Below are positions 39,001 to 46,183 of a DNA stretch of 64,000 nucleotides, one piece after another. The first letter of the stretch is position 1. Each line of letters opens with the position of its first letter. Under the pieces are notes generated by a model that saw nothing but the letters and a program-made list of their open reading frames with translations, had not been told where the DNA came from and did not search any database. Source of the stretch: a virus; the IMG/VR virus record IMGVR_UViG_3300012953_000020, positions 1 to 64,000 of that record; one strand, written 5' to 3'. Position numbers and translations under genes: made by a program.

Positions 39001-41039
39001 GGGTCAGTAAGCGTTCCCTGCTTAATCACTTCGTTGTCTGACTCTGTAGTGTCCAGCGTCAAGCTAGTTGAGGTTGCAGAAGAACTGACACTTCCAGCCG
39101 TTGAGTAAACTAAATCACCAAGCAACGTCAATGTCTTAACCGACGAAATGTTAGAAGAAGGACTGCTGATCGTGGTTATGTTTGAAGCCGCCGAAACAGG
39201 TGTAACATCAATTGATGTGAGGCCTGAGGTGACCGCATCATCAAAACTAAACGCTATAAACCCGGCAGTTGTCTTAAGTCTAATTATCGTCCCAGCATCA
39301 GCAGAAAAACCAGCATCCGGACTGAATGTGATTGAGGTTGCAGAGGCAGCTAAGGAACTACCTTGTATTCTTGAAGCCTGGAAACCTGAAGGCCCTGTAC
39401 TTTCAGAATAAAAAGTAAAGTAGAACTTTTGTCCTGTGCTATACGCGGCACCGAACTGTGTGCTACCACCCAGATCCAGCGTAATCGAAGTTCCGCCGAA
39501 ACTGCTAGGCTGATCTAACGCACCACCTGTCATCCAAGTCGTCGATAAATCACTTCCTTTCTGGGCCCCAATACCAATGGTAACGCCAGTCGAGCTGGTG
39601 CCACCGATCGCGATTGCGGCGGTTGCATCGATGTTTGCTGCTCCACCTGTTGCATCAACATCAAGTGTTTGACCCTGAAGACCTAGCGCGCCGACAGCGG
39701 ATAATATTGCACCACCCGCGGGTGAACCGCCCGACTGACCGGCTGAAAAGCTGTCAGAGGATGAGAAAGTGTTATTATTACTACGATCACCATCTGGACG
39801 AACGATTAATGCGATGGCAGAGCTGCTAACGGCAACCTTCACCTGAAACACGTATTCAACTCCACCAGACTTGGTGAATTTGATGTACTGATCGGCTGTT
39901 ATGCTACCGCTGTACGCGCTACCTGAAACGCTACCCACTGATTCAAACGCGTCTGGACCAGAGCTCATACTCAATGATGAACTTGAAGTCTGACCTGCGA
40001 TATTTGAGAGGTGAGCCACCTTCATTGTCGATCCGCTGGAGAAAGCCTCGAGCAAAAGGAAGTAAAGAATATCACTTCCTTCAGTAAACTTAAGGATGGT
40101 ACCAGCAGCTAGTGACATTGTGTTTGAACCAACAGCGATCGTAGACGCCGTCTTTGCCAAGCCGCTCAAGCTGCTAAAAGCGCCGCTAGCGCCAGAAATC
40201 GAACTAGCACTTCCTGCGGTCAGGCTGCTTCCGTAAAGGATGACAGCCAGGTCTGTACCGATATCCATAAGTATCGTCTGGCCTGAGGCCAAATTGCTTG
40301 TTAGGCCAGAATCGCTCGAAAGACCAGAAAGACCAGAAGAGTGATTACGTAATCTGACGTCTTGATCTGCACCTAAATACAGAGACTTTCCTTCTGCTAG
40401 GAAAAGATCACCCCATTCTGCTGAAGTCGATCCAATGTCGCGAGCTCCAGATGAATCAGGGAGAATGTTGTGGTGAAATTGTCCGGCAGATGAAGACATA
40501 AAGGAGTCAGCGCCATGGACACGTTTGACCGCTGAGGCAATTTCTGAAATTACAGAACCTAAGTTCTCACCAGCGTATACACCAGCAGATGCCACAGAAC
40601 CCTTTGCGACTGAACCAGAAGCAGTAGAGACCGTTGAGATATATGTCATCGCTCCCGATTGGGTACCACTGGCAGAAACAGCGGCATTGAGTGAGTAGAC
40701 ATAAATCTTACCACTACTATCTGAAATATAAAATCTTGTACCAGCTGGGTACGCAACACCCCAGGTACCACCACTGACCGTTATTCCGGGTGCAGAGATG
40801 TTACCAGCTGTAAAATTGTCTGGAGCCGTAATAGATGTGCCCCAGGTACCTGAAACTAATCTATTTGCGCTCAGAGCTATTTGATGACCAGCAGCAAGAG
40901 CGCCTGATCGTACAGCACGATCATCAACGACTTGGAAGCCACCCGCGATGAGTGTCGTTCCACTACCAGACTCGGCCACAACTTCCGTCGGGCCGAACGA
41001 GCCAGTAACTTGTTCTAGTCTTGTTTTTGTTTTAGCCAT
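36012..41039 (-). CDS. Ser/Gly-rich fibre-like virion protein, 1675 aa; paralogue of 41126-42994 with six in-frame insertions
   Basis: Colinear blocks shared with the 622-aa protein (DIGSTSAEWGD, SDHNI.LD, AWRKLFVDDIDLNGQG, DQNDSVYFENSPLKLEQI); AAGGA SD. Confidence 0.8.
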   Translation of the reverse strand: MAKTKTRLEQVTGSFGPTEVVAESGSGTTLIAGGFQVVDDRAVRSGALAAGHQIALSANRLVSGTWGTSITAPDNFTAGNISAPGITVSGGTWGVAYPAGTRFYISDSSGKIYVYSLNAAVSASGTQSGAMTYISTVSTASGSVAKGSVASAGVYAGENLGSVISEIASAVKRVHGADSFMSSSAGQFHHNILPDSSGARDIGSTSAEWGDLFLAEGKSLYLGADQDVRLRNHSSGLSGLSSDSGLTSNLASGQTILMDIGTDLAVILYGSSLTAGSASSISGASGAFSSLSGLAKTASTIAVGSNTMSLAAGTILKFTEGSDILYFLLLEAFSSGSTMKVAHLSNIAGQTSSSSLSMSSGPDAFESVGSVSGSAYSGSITADQYIKFTKSGGVEYVFQVKVAVSSSAIALIVRPDGDRSNNNTFSSSDSFSAGQSGGSPAGGAILSAVGALGLQGQTLDVDATGGAANIDATAAIAIGGTSSTGVTIGIGAQKGSDLSTTWMTGGALDQPSSFGGTSITLDLGGSTQFGAAYSTGQKFYFTFYSESTGPSGFQASRIQGSSLAASATSITFSPDAGFSADAGTIIRLKTTAGFIAFSFDDAVTSGLTSIDVTPVSAASNITTISSPSSNISSVKTLTLLGDLVYSTAGSVSSSATSTSLTLDTTESDNEVIKQGTLTDPPSAMGTYTVPTTVTVTGNLTVTGTNTTIDSNVSSFSDHNIVLDQDNGGTAVTDGCGLTLEGGTGDDITFQQHATGDRMELKKGSSYHGLAVGKLHIDPTDSTDNYLDVSTDLQVIAAADIVLNPGGNNVKPGGDSEDDLGKAAVDASHSAGSSSSGLTSGLSSGQSFAMSSSGNVAVLYGSSLTAPSASSAPSGLESAVGSSVSLSSFSSTFNGTLTISNSYSGSSIAVGTVLSLNGSSSKFFFVVTSAYSGGSSMSICALPNISGHTTSIGSVSSISSYGGSFSGSGLSGVSASAGQTVGYTFSGGTAIFVLAAAITSSTPWGFVGDPRDDLSTLGTFSSSGSPSGATAGGSVTAATAQVAWRKLFVDDIDLNGQGSVSIGGFSTGASKAADVGKIVLDADDDTSIRSQGDDTIVFEAGDGDRVQITSAMMATTGSTIMSLGSTSAEWANLYLGDSSVLAFGADQDVSFTHSGTDLSIAGSGNINVTSTVDEANAIYLRANAGTSETIKIHSDQGTTLGSNTKDTHGGNLDGSTLDLTAAGNITFDSASNAAAFATAFPATSRVRFSDGTSTADVTIGTYAGGSAVVVPFTDPSVLESNGLLSISGMTGSSAKILLVTPAILLTSDVGGVKLNAGLDGSDTAIHLDSASGMIFSGGDQNDSVYFENSPLKLEQITEPSTVTGKLYNVSGELHWNGGPLTVGPTLYNLDLTRDHKPGDVVDFSGVTPVGDSDVTWSASTFAAKGNKVLPFVNGQHQLTGSNFKKTSSQGVILEASVHSSLKSLINGSSISSIGSSLSSLDLSSQANAKTFAATFEPGSVLRITDSSNSSPTDLVMGDIVGSAISLSSFNSSGADINLASSGNLVFNDDSSATAFLSAAGGATKIVRAFDGVTVVDLTLGSATGSNVAISSATVISGTTTLDVSGVAASGFIKPINTTIAVSDSAGVGGSVSTITVSNITAMQKVTQQDINAFGTETLSFTYDLFSGDNIQVLVYK
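37610..37658. repeat. 49-bp exact direct repeat, copy in the 1675-aa gene
   Basis: caccaaatgcaaggacagaactgtcacctaggtaaaggttcgcccactc is identical to 41797-41845. Confidence 0.95.
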
Positions 41040-41125
41040 TTTTTTTCCTTATCATTTAATATTTTGGGCTATCACTTATCAAGATGATAAATCATCTCGT
41101 TGCGAAAATTCTATTTTAATGTATC

Positions 41126-42994
41126 TTACTTGAAGACCTGAACCTGAATCACGTCATCAACCTTAAGAGCGTAAGTGAACGTGAGTGAACCAGAGCCAGA
41201 AAGAGTTACATCTTTACCAGCACCAACTCTCTGAAGCTGGCCATTGAGGTAAACAAGAACCTTATTGACCGCGGTCGAACCAGACCAAGTTACATCAGCG
41301 TCACCAGTAACAGAAAAACCTGAGCTGATAGCTGATGAAGCTGAAACTGCTGCTGCCAGAACTTTCGAATACAAAGTTGGACCAACTGCAACAGGAGCGC
41401 CATTCCAATAGAGCTCGCCACTTACATTGTAAAGCTTATCAGTTACAGAAGAAGGCTCAGAGATCTGCTCCAGCTTTAACGGGCTGTTCTCAAAGTAAAC
41501 AGAGTCGTTCTGATCACCACCAGCGACTGTAATACCTGAAGCTGAATCAAGGTGGATTGCTGCAGCATCACCATCTAGGCCTGCGTTAATTTTTACACCG
41601 CCAACATCAGAATCAACAAGAATTGATGTTGCGCTTGTGCCCTGGTCTGCATGAACCTTGATTGACTCGCTTGTACCACCATTAGCATGGATTAAGATCG
41701 CGTTGGCTTCATTAACAGTAGACGTTACGTTGATATTACCAGCGCCTGCTATCGAAAGATCGGTACCTGAATGGGTAAAGCTAACATCTTGACCATCACC
41801 AAATGCAAGGACAGAACTGTCACCTAGGTAAAGGTTCGCCCACTCAGCAGAGGCGCTGCCTAATGACATGCCGCCGGCGGTTGACGGAGCCAGCATAGCT
41901 GCAGTGATCTGGACTCTGTCCGTGCCACCAGCTTCAAAAGTGATGATATCATCAGCAGATGCACGAATTGAGGTATCATCATCAGCATCAAGATCAATAC
42001 GACCTGTTCCACCCATGCTAATTGAGCCTTGACCGTTTAGGTCAATATCGTCAACGAAAAGCTTACGCCAAGCTGTGCCCGAAACACCGAGATCATCCTC
42101 ACTGTCTCCACCAGGAAGAACATTGTTACCACCTGGATTTAAAACAATATCTGCCGCAGAGACAACCTGAAGGTCTGTCGACACGTCTAGGTAATTGGTG
42201 GCTGTGTCAATCATCAACTTCCCAACTGCGAGACCATGGTAATTTGTGTCACCTTTCTTAAGCTCCATTCTGTCGCCAGAAGCCAGTTGCTGGAACGTAA
42301 TATTATCTCCAGAGTTGCCATCAAGGGTAAGGCCAGCACCATCAGCAACTGCGGTGCCGCTGTTATCTCTGTCCAAAATAATGTTGTGATCAGAAATGGC
42401 TGTGTTTGTTGTATCAATGGTAGTCAATGTACCATTAACATCAAGGTTACCAGCAAGCGTCACAGTCTGGCCTGCGCGGCCGATAGTGACACCTGTCGAA
42501 TTTGTACCACCGATTGCGATTGCGCCGGTGGCGTCAATGTTGGCTGCACCGCCTGTTGCATCGATGTCAAGGGTTGCGCCCTGAAGGCCTAACGCACCAC
42601 CCGCTGTGAGAGTACCATCAGAAGTACTGCTGTGGGTAAGTGTAACATCCTGGTCTAGACCAAGCTTGAGAGACTTTGAGTCACCGAGGAAAACGTCACC
42701 CCACTCTGCAGAAGTTGATCCAATATCAGATCCACCAGCAGAAGAAGGAACGATGTTATGCGCGAAAACACCTGCGGCTGAAGCCATGAATGAAGCTGCA
42801 CCATGGACACGCTTGATGGATGAAACAACTTCTGACAAGATACCTGTCAGGTCGTTCGAAGCCAAGCTTTGGCCAGAGGCAGCGGTTGAAGATAGCGCAC
42901 CTGCTTGTGCACTGCGGCTATCGATGATATGACCAGAGCCTGCGCCGAATGAACCGGTGATCTGCTGTAGTCTTATTTGTGTACTACTAGACAT
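41126..42994 (-). CDS. Fibre-like virion protein, 622 aa
   Basis: Three copies of a (D/S)(I/L)G....W..(L/V)(F/Y) fibre-type repeat; C-terminal VLVYLNGQLQ...LTF...DDVIQV domain; AAGGAG SD. Confidence 0.8.
   Translation of the reverse strand: MSSSTQIRLQQITGSFGAGSGHIIDSRSAQAGALSSTAASGQSLASNDLTGILSEVVSSIKRVHGAASFMASAAGVFAHNIVPSSAGGSDIGSTSAEWGDVFLGDSKSLKLGLDQDVTLTHSSTSDGTLTAGGALGLQGATLDIDATGGAANIDATGAIAIGGTNSTGVTIGRAGQTVTLAGNLDVNGTLTTIDTTNTAISDHNIILDRDNSGTAVADGAGLTLDGNSGDNITFQQLASGDRMELKKGDTNYHGLAVGKLMIDTATNYLDVSTDLQVVSAADIVLNPGGNNVLPGGDSEDDLGVSGTAWRKLFVDDIDLNGQGSISMGGTGRIDLDADDDTSIRASADDIITFEAGGTDRVQITAAMLAPSTAGGMSLGSASAEWANLYLGDSSVLAFGDGQDVSFTHSGTDLSIAGAGNINVTSTVNEANAILIHANGGTSESIKVHADQGTSATSILVDSDVGGVKINAGLDGDAAAIHLDSASGITVAGGDQNDSVYFENSPLKLEQISEPSSVTDKLYNVSGELYWNGAPVAVGPTLYSKVLAAAVSASSAISSGFSVTGDADVTWSGSTAVNKVLVYLNGQLQRVGAGKDVTLSGSGSLTFTYALKVDDVIQVQVFK
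41797..41845. repeat. 49-bp exact direct repeat, copy in the 622-aa gene
   Basis: Identical to 37610-37658. Further exact blocks: 42051-42073 = 37894-37916, 42086-42115 = 38580-38609, 42164-42193 = 38658-38687. Confidence 0.95.
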
Positions 42995-43135
42995 ATTTTC
43001 TCCTTATGTATTTTTTTTAGTAGTTTGTTGTTCTTTTTGAGATCAAATTAGATCTCAACACTAGACTGTCTTTAAACGACAAATGAAATGAAATTAAATA
43101 GTTATGAAATTAACTAACAAAAGAATTGATACAAA

Positions 43136-43142
43136 TAAATAT
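43136..43142 (-). promoter_or_regulatory. Candidate late-promoter motif ATATTTA
   Basis: In the 192-bp gap before the 622-aa gene. Confidence 0.4.
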
Positions 43143-43186
43143 GTAACTGGACAGAAAAAGACTCAAAAAAACAAAAACAAAATCGA

Positions 43187-43408
43187 CTAGTACAACAACT
43201 TTTTTAGATTCTTAAGGTGAGTGTCAAAGACACAAAATTCTGATGAAATAAATTCAACAGCTAATGACTTTGCTTGGCTCTTAGGATCCTCAAACTCAAA
43301 CTTAAACCTACCGCTCGTCTCACGAGTAGCTGATAATAACTTTAAACCTCGCAGCATCAAGTAAGCTGCTATGGCTATATCTGATGTGGTGTATACGGTG
43401 TCACTCAA
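43187..43408 (-). CDS. Small protein resembling DUF5659, 73 aa
   Basis: YTTSDIAIAAYL...G..L.......GRFKFEFED...LKNLKKLLY matches my recollection of DUF5659; TTG start with AAGGGG SD. Confidence 0.65.
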   Translation of the reverse strand: MSDTVYTTSDIAIAAYLMLRGLKLLSATRETSGRFKFEFEDPKSQAKSLAVEFISSEFCVFDTHLKNLKKLLY

Positions 43409-43432
43409 AACATTTTCCCCTTGTTCTATTTA

Positions 43433-43439
43433 TAAGTAT
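43433..43439 (-). promoter_or_regulatory. Candidate late-promoter motif ATACTTA, overlapping TATAAATA
   Basis: ATACTTATAAATAG upstream of the DUF5659-like gene; includes the T4 late consensus TATAAATA. Confidence 0.45.
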
Positions 43440-46147
43440 TAGATCACACTTATTGTGACATTGTCATCAGCAAAAAGATCAAAAGTAAAAGCAACATTAC
43501 TAGTGGGTTGGATTAGGTAATCCTTCTGAGAGCCGCTGGTCAATAAAACACCGTTTACATACACGTCTATTCTTTCTGGATCATATGTCGCTTTCGAGAA
43601 ATCAAAACTAGCGTTAAGCGGATTCCCGGCAGCTAAGACAGCGTTAATCGGTAGCATTATTTTCTTTCTCTTTACGTCAAAGTCTATGAAGCCGGCGTCG
43701 GTGGTCGTAATTGACATAAAATCAGAGGGTCTGACAACTCTTTCATTCTCTAGAGCCTCGTGTGTGCCGAAGGTCACATAGGGTGCGTCGGCTCCAGCAA
43801 ACCCTCCGCCGCCGCCAGAAGCCTTGTTTATTACGACCCCTAATGTGTCATTAGACTCAACGGGAAATGAGAACTGAAGGGCGCTGGCCCCTGTTAAACA
43901 GTAATCAGCTTGTGCGCTCTGAACCTGTGTAAGAGAACCTGATATCATTAGTGATCCATTTAGGAAAATGTCTATCAAGTGTGGGTCATACAGGACTTCG
44001 GCGGTGTTGGACTCAGCGATAGATATATTTGTCAACGCGTTGGTGGCGGAGAGAGAGTACACTTCTTTGTCTCTAAGATTATCTACGCTAATTGTTACCG
44101 CGCCATTACTACCAGTTGTGATGCTGACATTATTCCCAGACATCAAATAAGGAGAGCCGTCTGTCAGTTTTTGAAGAGAGCCTGCCAAACCTTGAGTCGC
44201 AGTTACAGTGCCATTGAATACGCTGTCTGTGACATTTACAATCATGCTTCCTGGGGAACCTACAGTTATATTACCAGTGTCTGTCTCCAAGTTTATGGGA
44301 CCATTTCCTTTCACTATATCGTCAGCAGCCAGCCTCACGTCTTCGTCAAACGTATTTGTAATAATCACTTGTCCTATAGACGATGTCGTAACTGAAATTC
44401 CTGTTCCACCTTTAATAAACGCTTCCCCACTTGTCAGGGTCTGCATAGAGCCAGATACTTCACTGCTGAACTTTACGATACCTGCGAAGTCAGACCCAGA
44501 TATGGTCGCGACGATTGAGTCGTCAATTCTGGCAGTCACCGCAGAGGAACCGTTATAAGTAAAGGGTAAAAGCCCGGTGCTGCTGATTATGTTGTTTGGC
44601 ATTTTTTGAACAAAAATGCCAGACGAAGTTGCTCCAATGGTGTCATTCGCAATTTTAACAGATAGGGCTGCGGGAGTTGTAGGACTAAGAGCCACAGAAG
44701 ATATTGTATTGCTTCCTTGCACTAACGTCGATCTATCAACAGAATCCGCTATAGCAGCAATAGTCGTCTTTCTATTAGATCCCCCGGACTCGAATAGCAT
44801 CAGATCACTTCGGTTAGGGGTGGCAGACGAGAGTGAAGCAACGCTGATTGAATTGCTAGCGTTAACAGTTAAGGTTCCATGGGTGGAGTCTTTCGATATG
44901 CTGATATTGGTGCCAGCCTTTATTAGATCGTTTCCATCTCCCCCATGTAGCACTTTTGTTTGTAGATTTCCGCCAACAGTCATATTCCCAGTAAAAGTGT
45001 TGGAGCTAGCAGCAAGAAGCGGGACCGTAGCAGTATCAATAGCGATAGTCGTGTTTGTAGATCCGTTAAAATTTAAAGATGCGATGCCTGTTGAGTGAGT
45101 TAAGGCGCCAGGGGTAGAAGTAACAGATACGCCGGAGGACGAAACAGATACTGTAGAGCCGTCTCCCTTGACTTGGATAGTCTTAGCCGCGGTGTTGTTA
45201 TAAGTAATCCCAGAAGTGGTATACTCAACCCCATTTCCTGCTGTAAGTGCGTTGCTTAGAGATGCTGGCCGAAGGGCGGCGACAGTCACCTTTTTAACAT
45301 TACCGCTGTCTGACGTATCTCCTATGAGTACCACATCATCATCAGCTATTGAAGACTCAGACGCTGCAGCAGATGGCGATACTATTAACTTGTTGCTAGA
45401 ATCAAAAGCCAGTCCTGCGTTGGTAGCCAGGTCTACTTTTATTGTCCTAGCAGAACTGTTATCGTAAGTTGTCCCTGAAGTGTAAGCTATTCCTTGTCCT
45501 GAAGTCAATGCGTTATTAAAGGTAACAGACGCTTGAGCGTTTGTACTAATACTGGAAAAGTTAAATTTCTTAAGAGTGTTGTCTGTCGCGTCCCGCATTA
45601 TTAGAAAATCGCCAGCCGTTGGTGTGGCTTCAGACAATGTGTTAATATCGACTTTTAGCTTTTCGGAAGAAATCCCTAAACCAGAATTAGTTGCTAGAGA
45701 TATTCTCAAAGTATCAGCAGAAGCCCCCGTGAATGTTGATCCGCCTGATGATAACTCTACACCGTTTCCAGCTGTTAAAGCATTAGTCAATGTGCCAGAG
45801 AACCCAGTCCCTGAAGTCCCTATCGTGATAGATCCGTCGGTGTTGTTTGTGATAGTGATGTCAGAATCGCCCCTAAGATAGCTAGTACCGTCAGGTAGCT
45901 TTTGCAGGGATCCTGTTATCCCAGATTTCATTAGAGCGCCGCCTGTGACAACTAGGTGAGACTTAAACTCATCACCAGAAAGCTCGGTATAACCGATTTG
46001 AAAATTGTGGGGTGAAATTGTACGTGATATTGCTGTTGAATCAGCGTTGGGCACTGACGTCATTTGTGTCGTACGAAGTGTCTGCCTATCTTCATTCGCT
46101 TTCGACTTAGTACCAACACGGTACATGTGCTGTTTCATGTTTGCCAT
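43439..46147 (-). CDS. Repeat-rich fibre-like virion protein, 902 aa
   Basis: Three NALT(A/S)G(N/Q)G repeats, three GS(L/M)Q(K/T)L..G repeats, and two C-terminal ID(I/V)..NG...DY...F.F domains. Confidence 0.75.
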   Translation of the reverse strand: MANMKQHMYRVGTKSKANEDRQTLRTTQMTSVPNADSTAISRTISPHNFQIGYTELSGDEFKSHLVVTGGALMKSGITGSLQKLPDGTSYLRGDSDITITNNTDGSITIGTSGTGFSGTLTNALTAGNGVELSSGGSTFTGASADTLRISLATNSGLGISSEKLKVDINTLSEATPTAGDFLIMRDATDNTLKKFNFSSISTNAQASVTFNNALTSGQGIAYTSGTTYDNSSARTIKVDLATNAGLAFDSSNKLIVSPSAAASESSIADDDVVLIGDTSDSGNVKKVTVAALRPASLSNALTAGNGVEYTTSGITYNNTAAKTIQVKGDGSTVSVSSSGVSVTSTPGALTHSTGIASLNFNGSTNTTIAIDTATVPLLAASSNTFTGNMTVGGNLQTKVLHGGDGNDLIKAGTNISISKDSTHGTLTVNASNSISVASLSSATPNRSDLMLFESGGSNRKTTIAAIADSVDRSTLVQGSNTISSVALSPTTPAALSVKIANDTIGATSSGIFVQKMPNNIISSTGLLPFTYNGSSAVTARIDDSIVATISGSDFAGIVKFSSEVSGSMQTLTSGEAFIKGGTGISVTTSSIGQVIITNTFDEDVRLAADDIVKGNGPINLETDTGNITVGSPGSMIVNVTDSVFNGTVTATQGLAGSLQKLTDGSPYLMSGNNVSITTGSNGAVTISVDNLRDKEVYSLSATNALTNISIAESNTAEVLYDPHLIDIFLNGSLMISGSLTQVQSAQADYCLTGASALQFSFPVESNDTLGVVINKASGGGGGFAGADAPYVTFGTHEALENERVVRPSDFMSITTTDAGFIDFDVKRKKIMLPINAVLAAGNPLNASFDFSKATYDPERIDVYVNGVLLTSGSQKDYLIQPTSNVAFTFDLFADDNVTISVI

Positions 46148-46153
46148 GTTACT

Positions 46154-46160
46154 TAATTAT
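46154..46160 (-). promoter_or_regulatory. Candidate late-promoter motif ATAATTA (leaderless?)
   Basis: ATAATTAAGTAAC-ATG with no SD. Confidence 0.5.
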
Positions 46161-46183
46161 TTGACAAAAGGTTTTAGTCACCT

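Noticed and set aside
36099-40886. Inteins or introns as the explanation for the insertions
   Set aside because: No terminal His-Asn splice motifs or homing endonuclease motifs; inserts are stop-free, in-frame and Ser/Gly-rich like surface domains.
36012-42994. Diversity-generating retroelement template/variable repeat pair
   Set aside because: Mismatches between the copies are not adenine-specific, both copies are coding and colinear over the whole gene, and no reverse transcriptase is present in the window.
46161-46166. Plus-strand TTGACA hexamer
   Set aside because: No convincing -10 at 16-18 nt and no supported plus-strand gene downstream.
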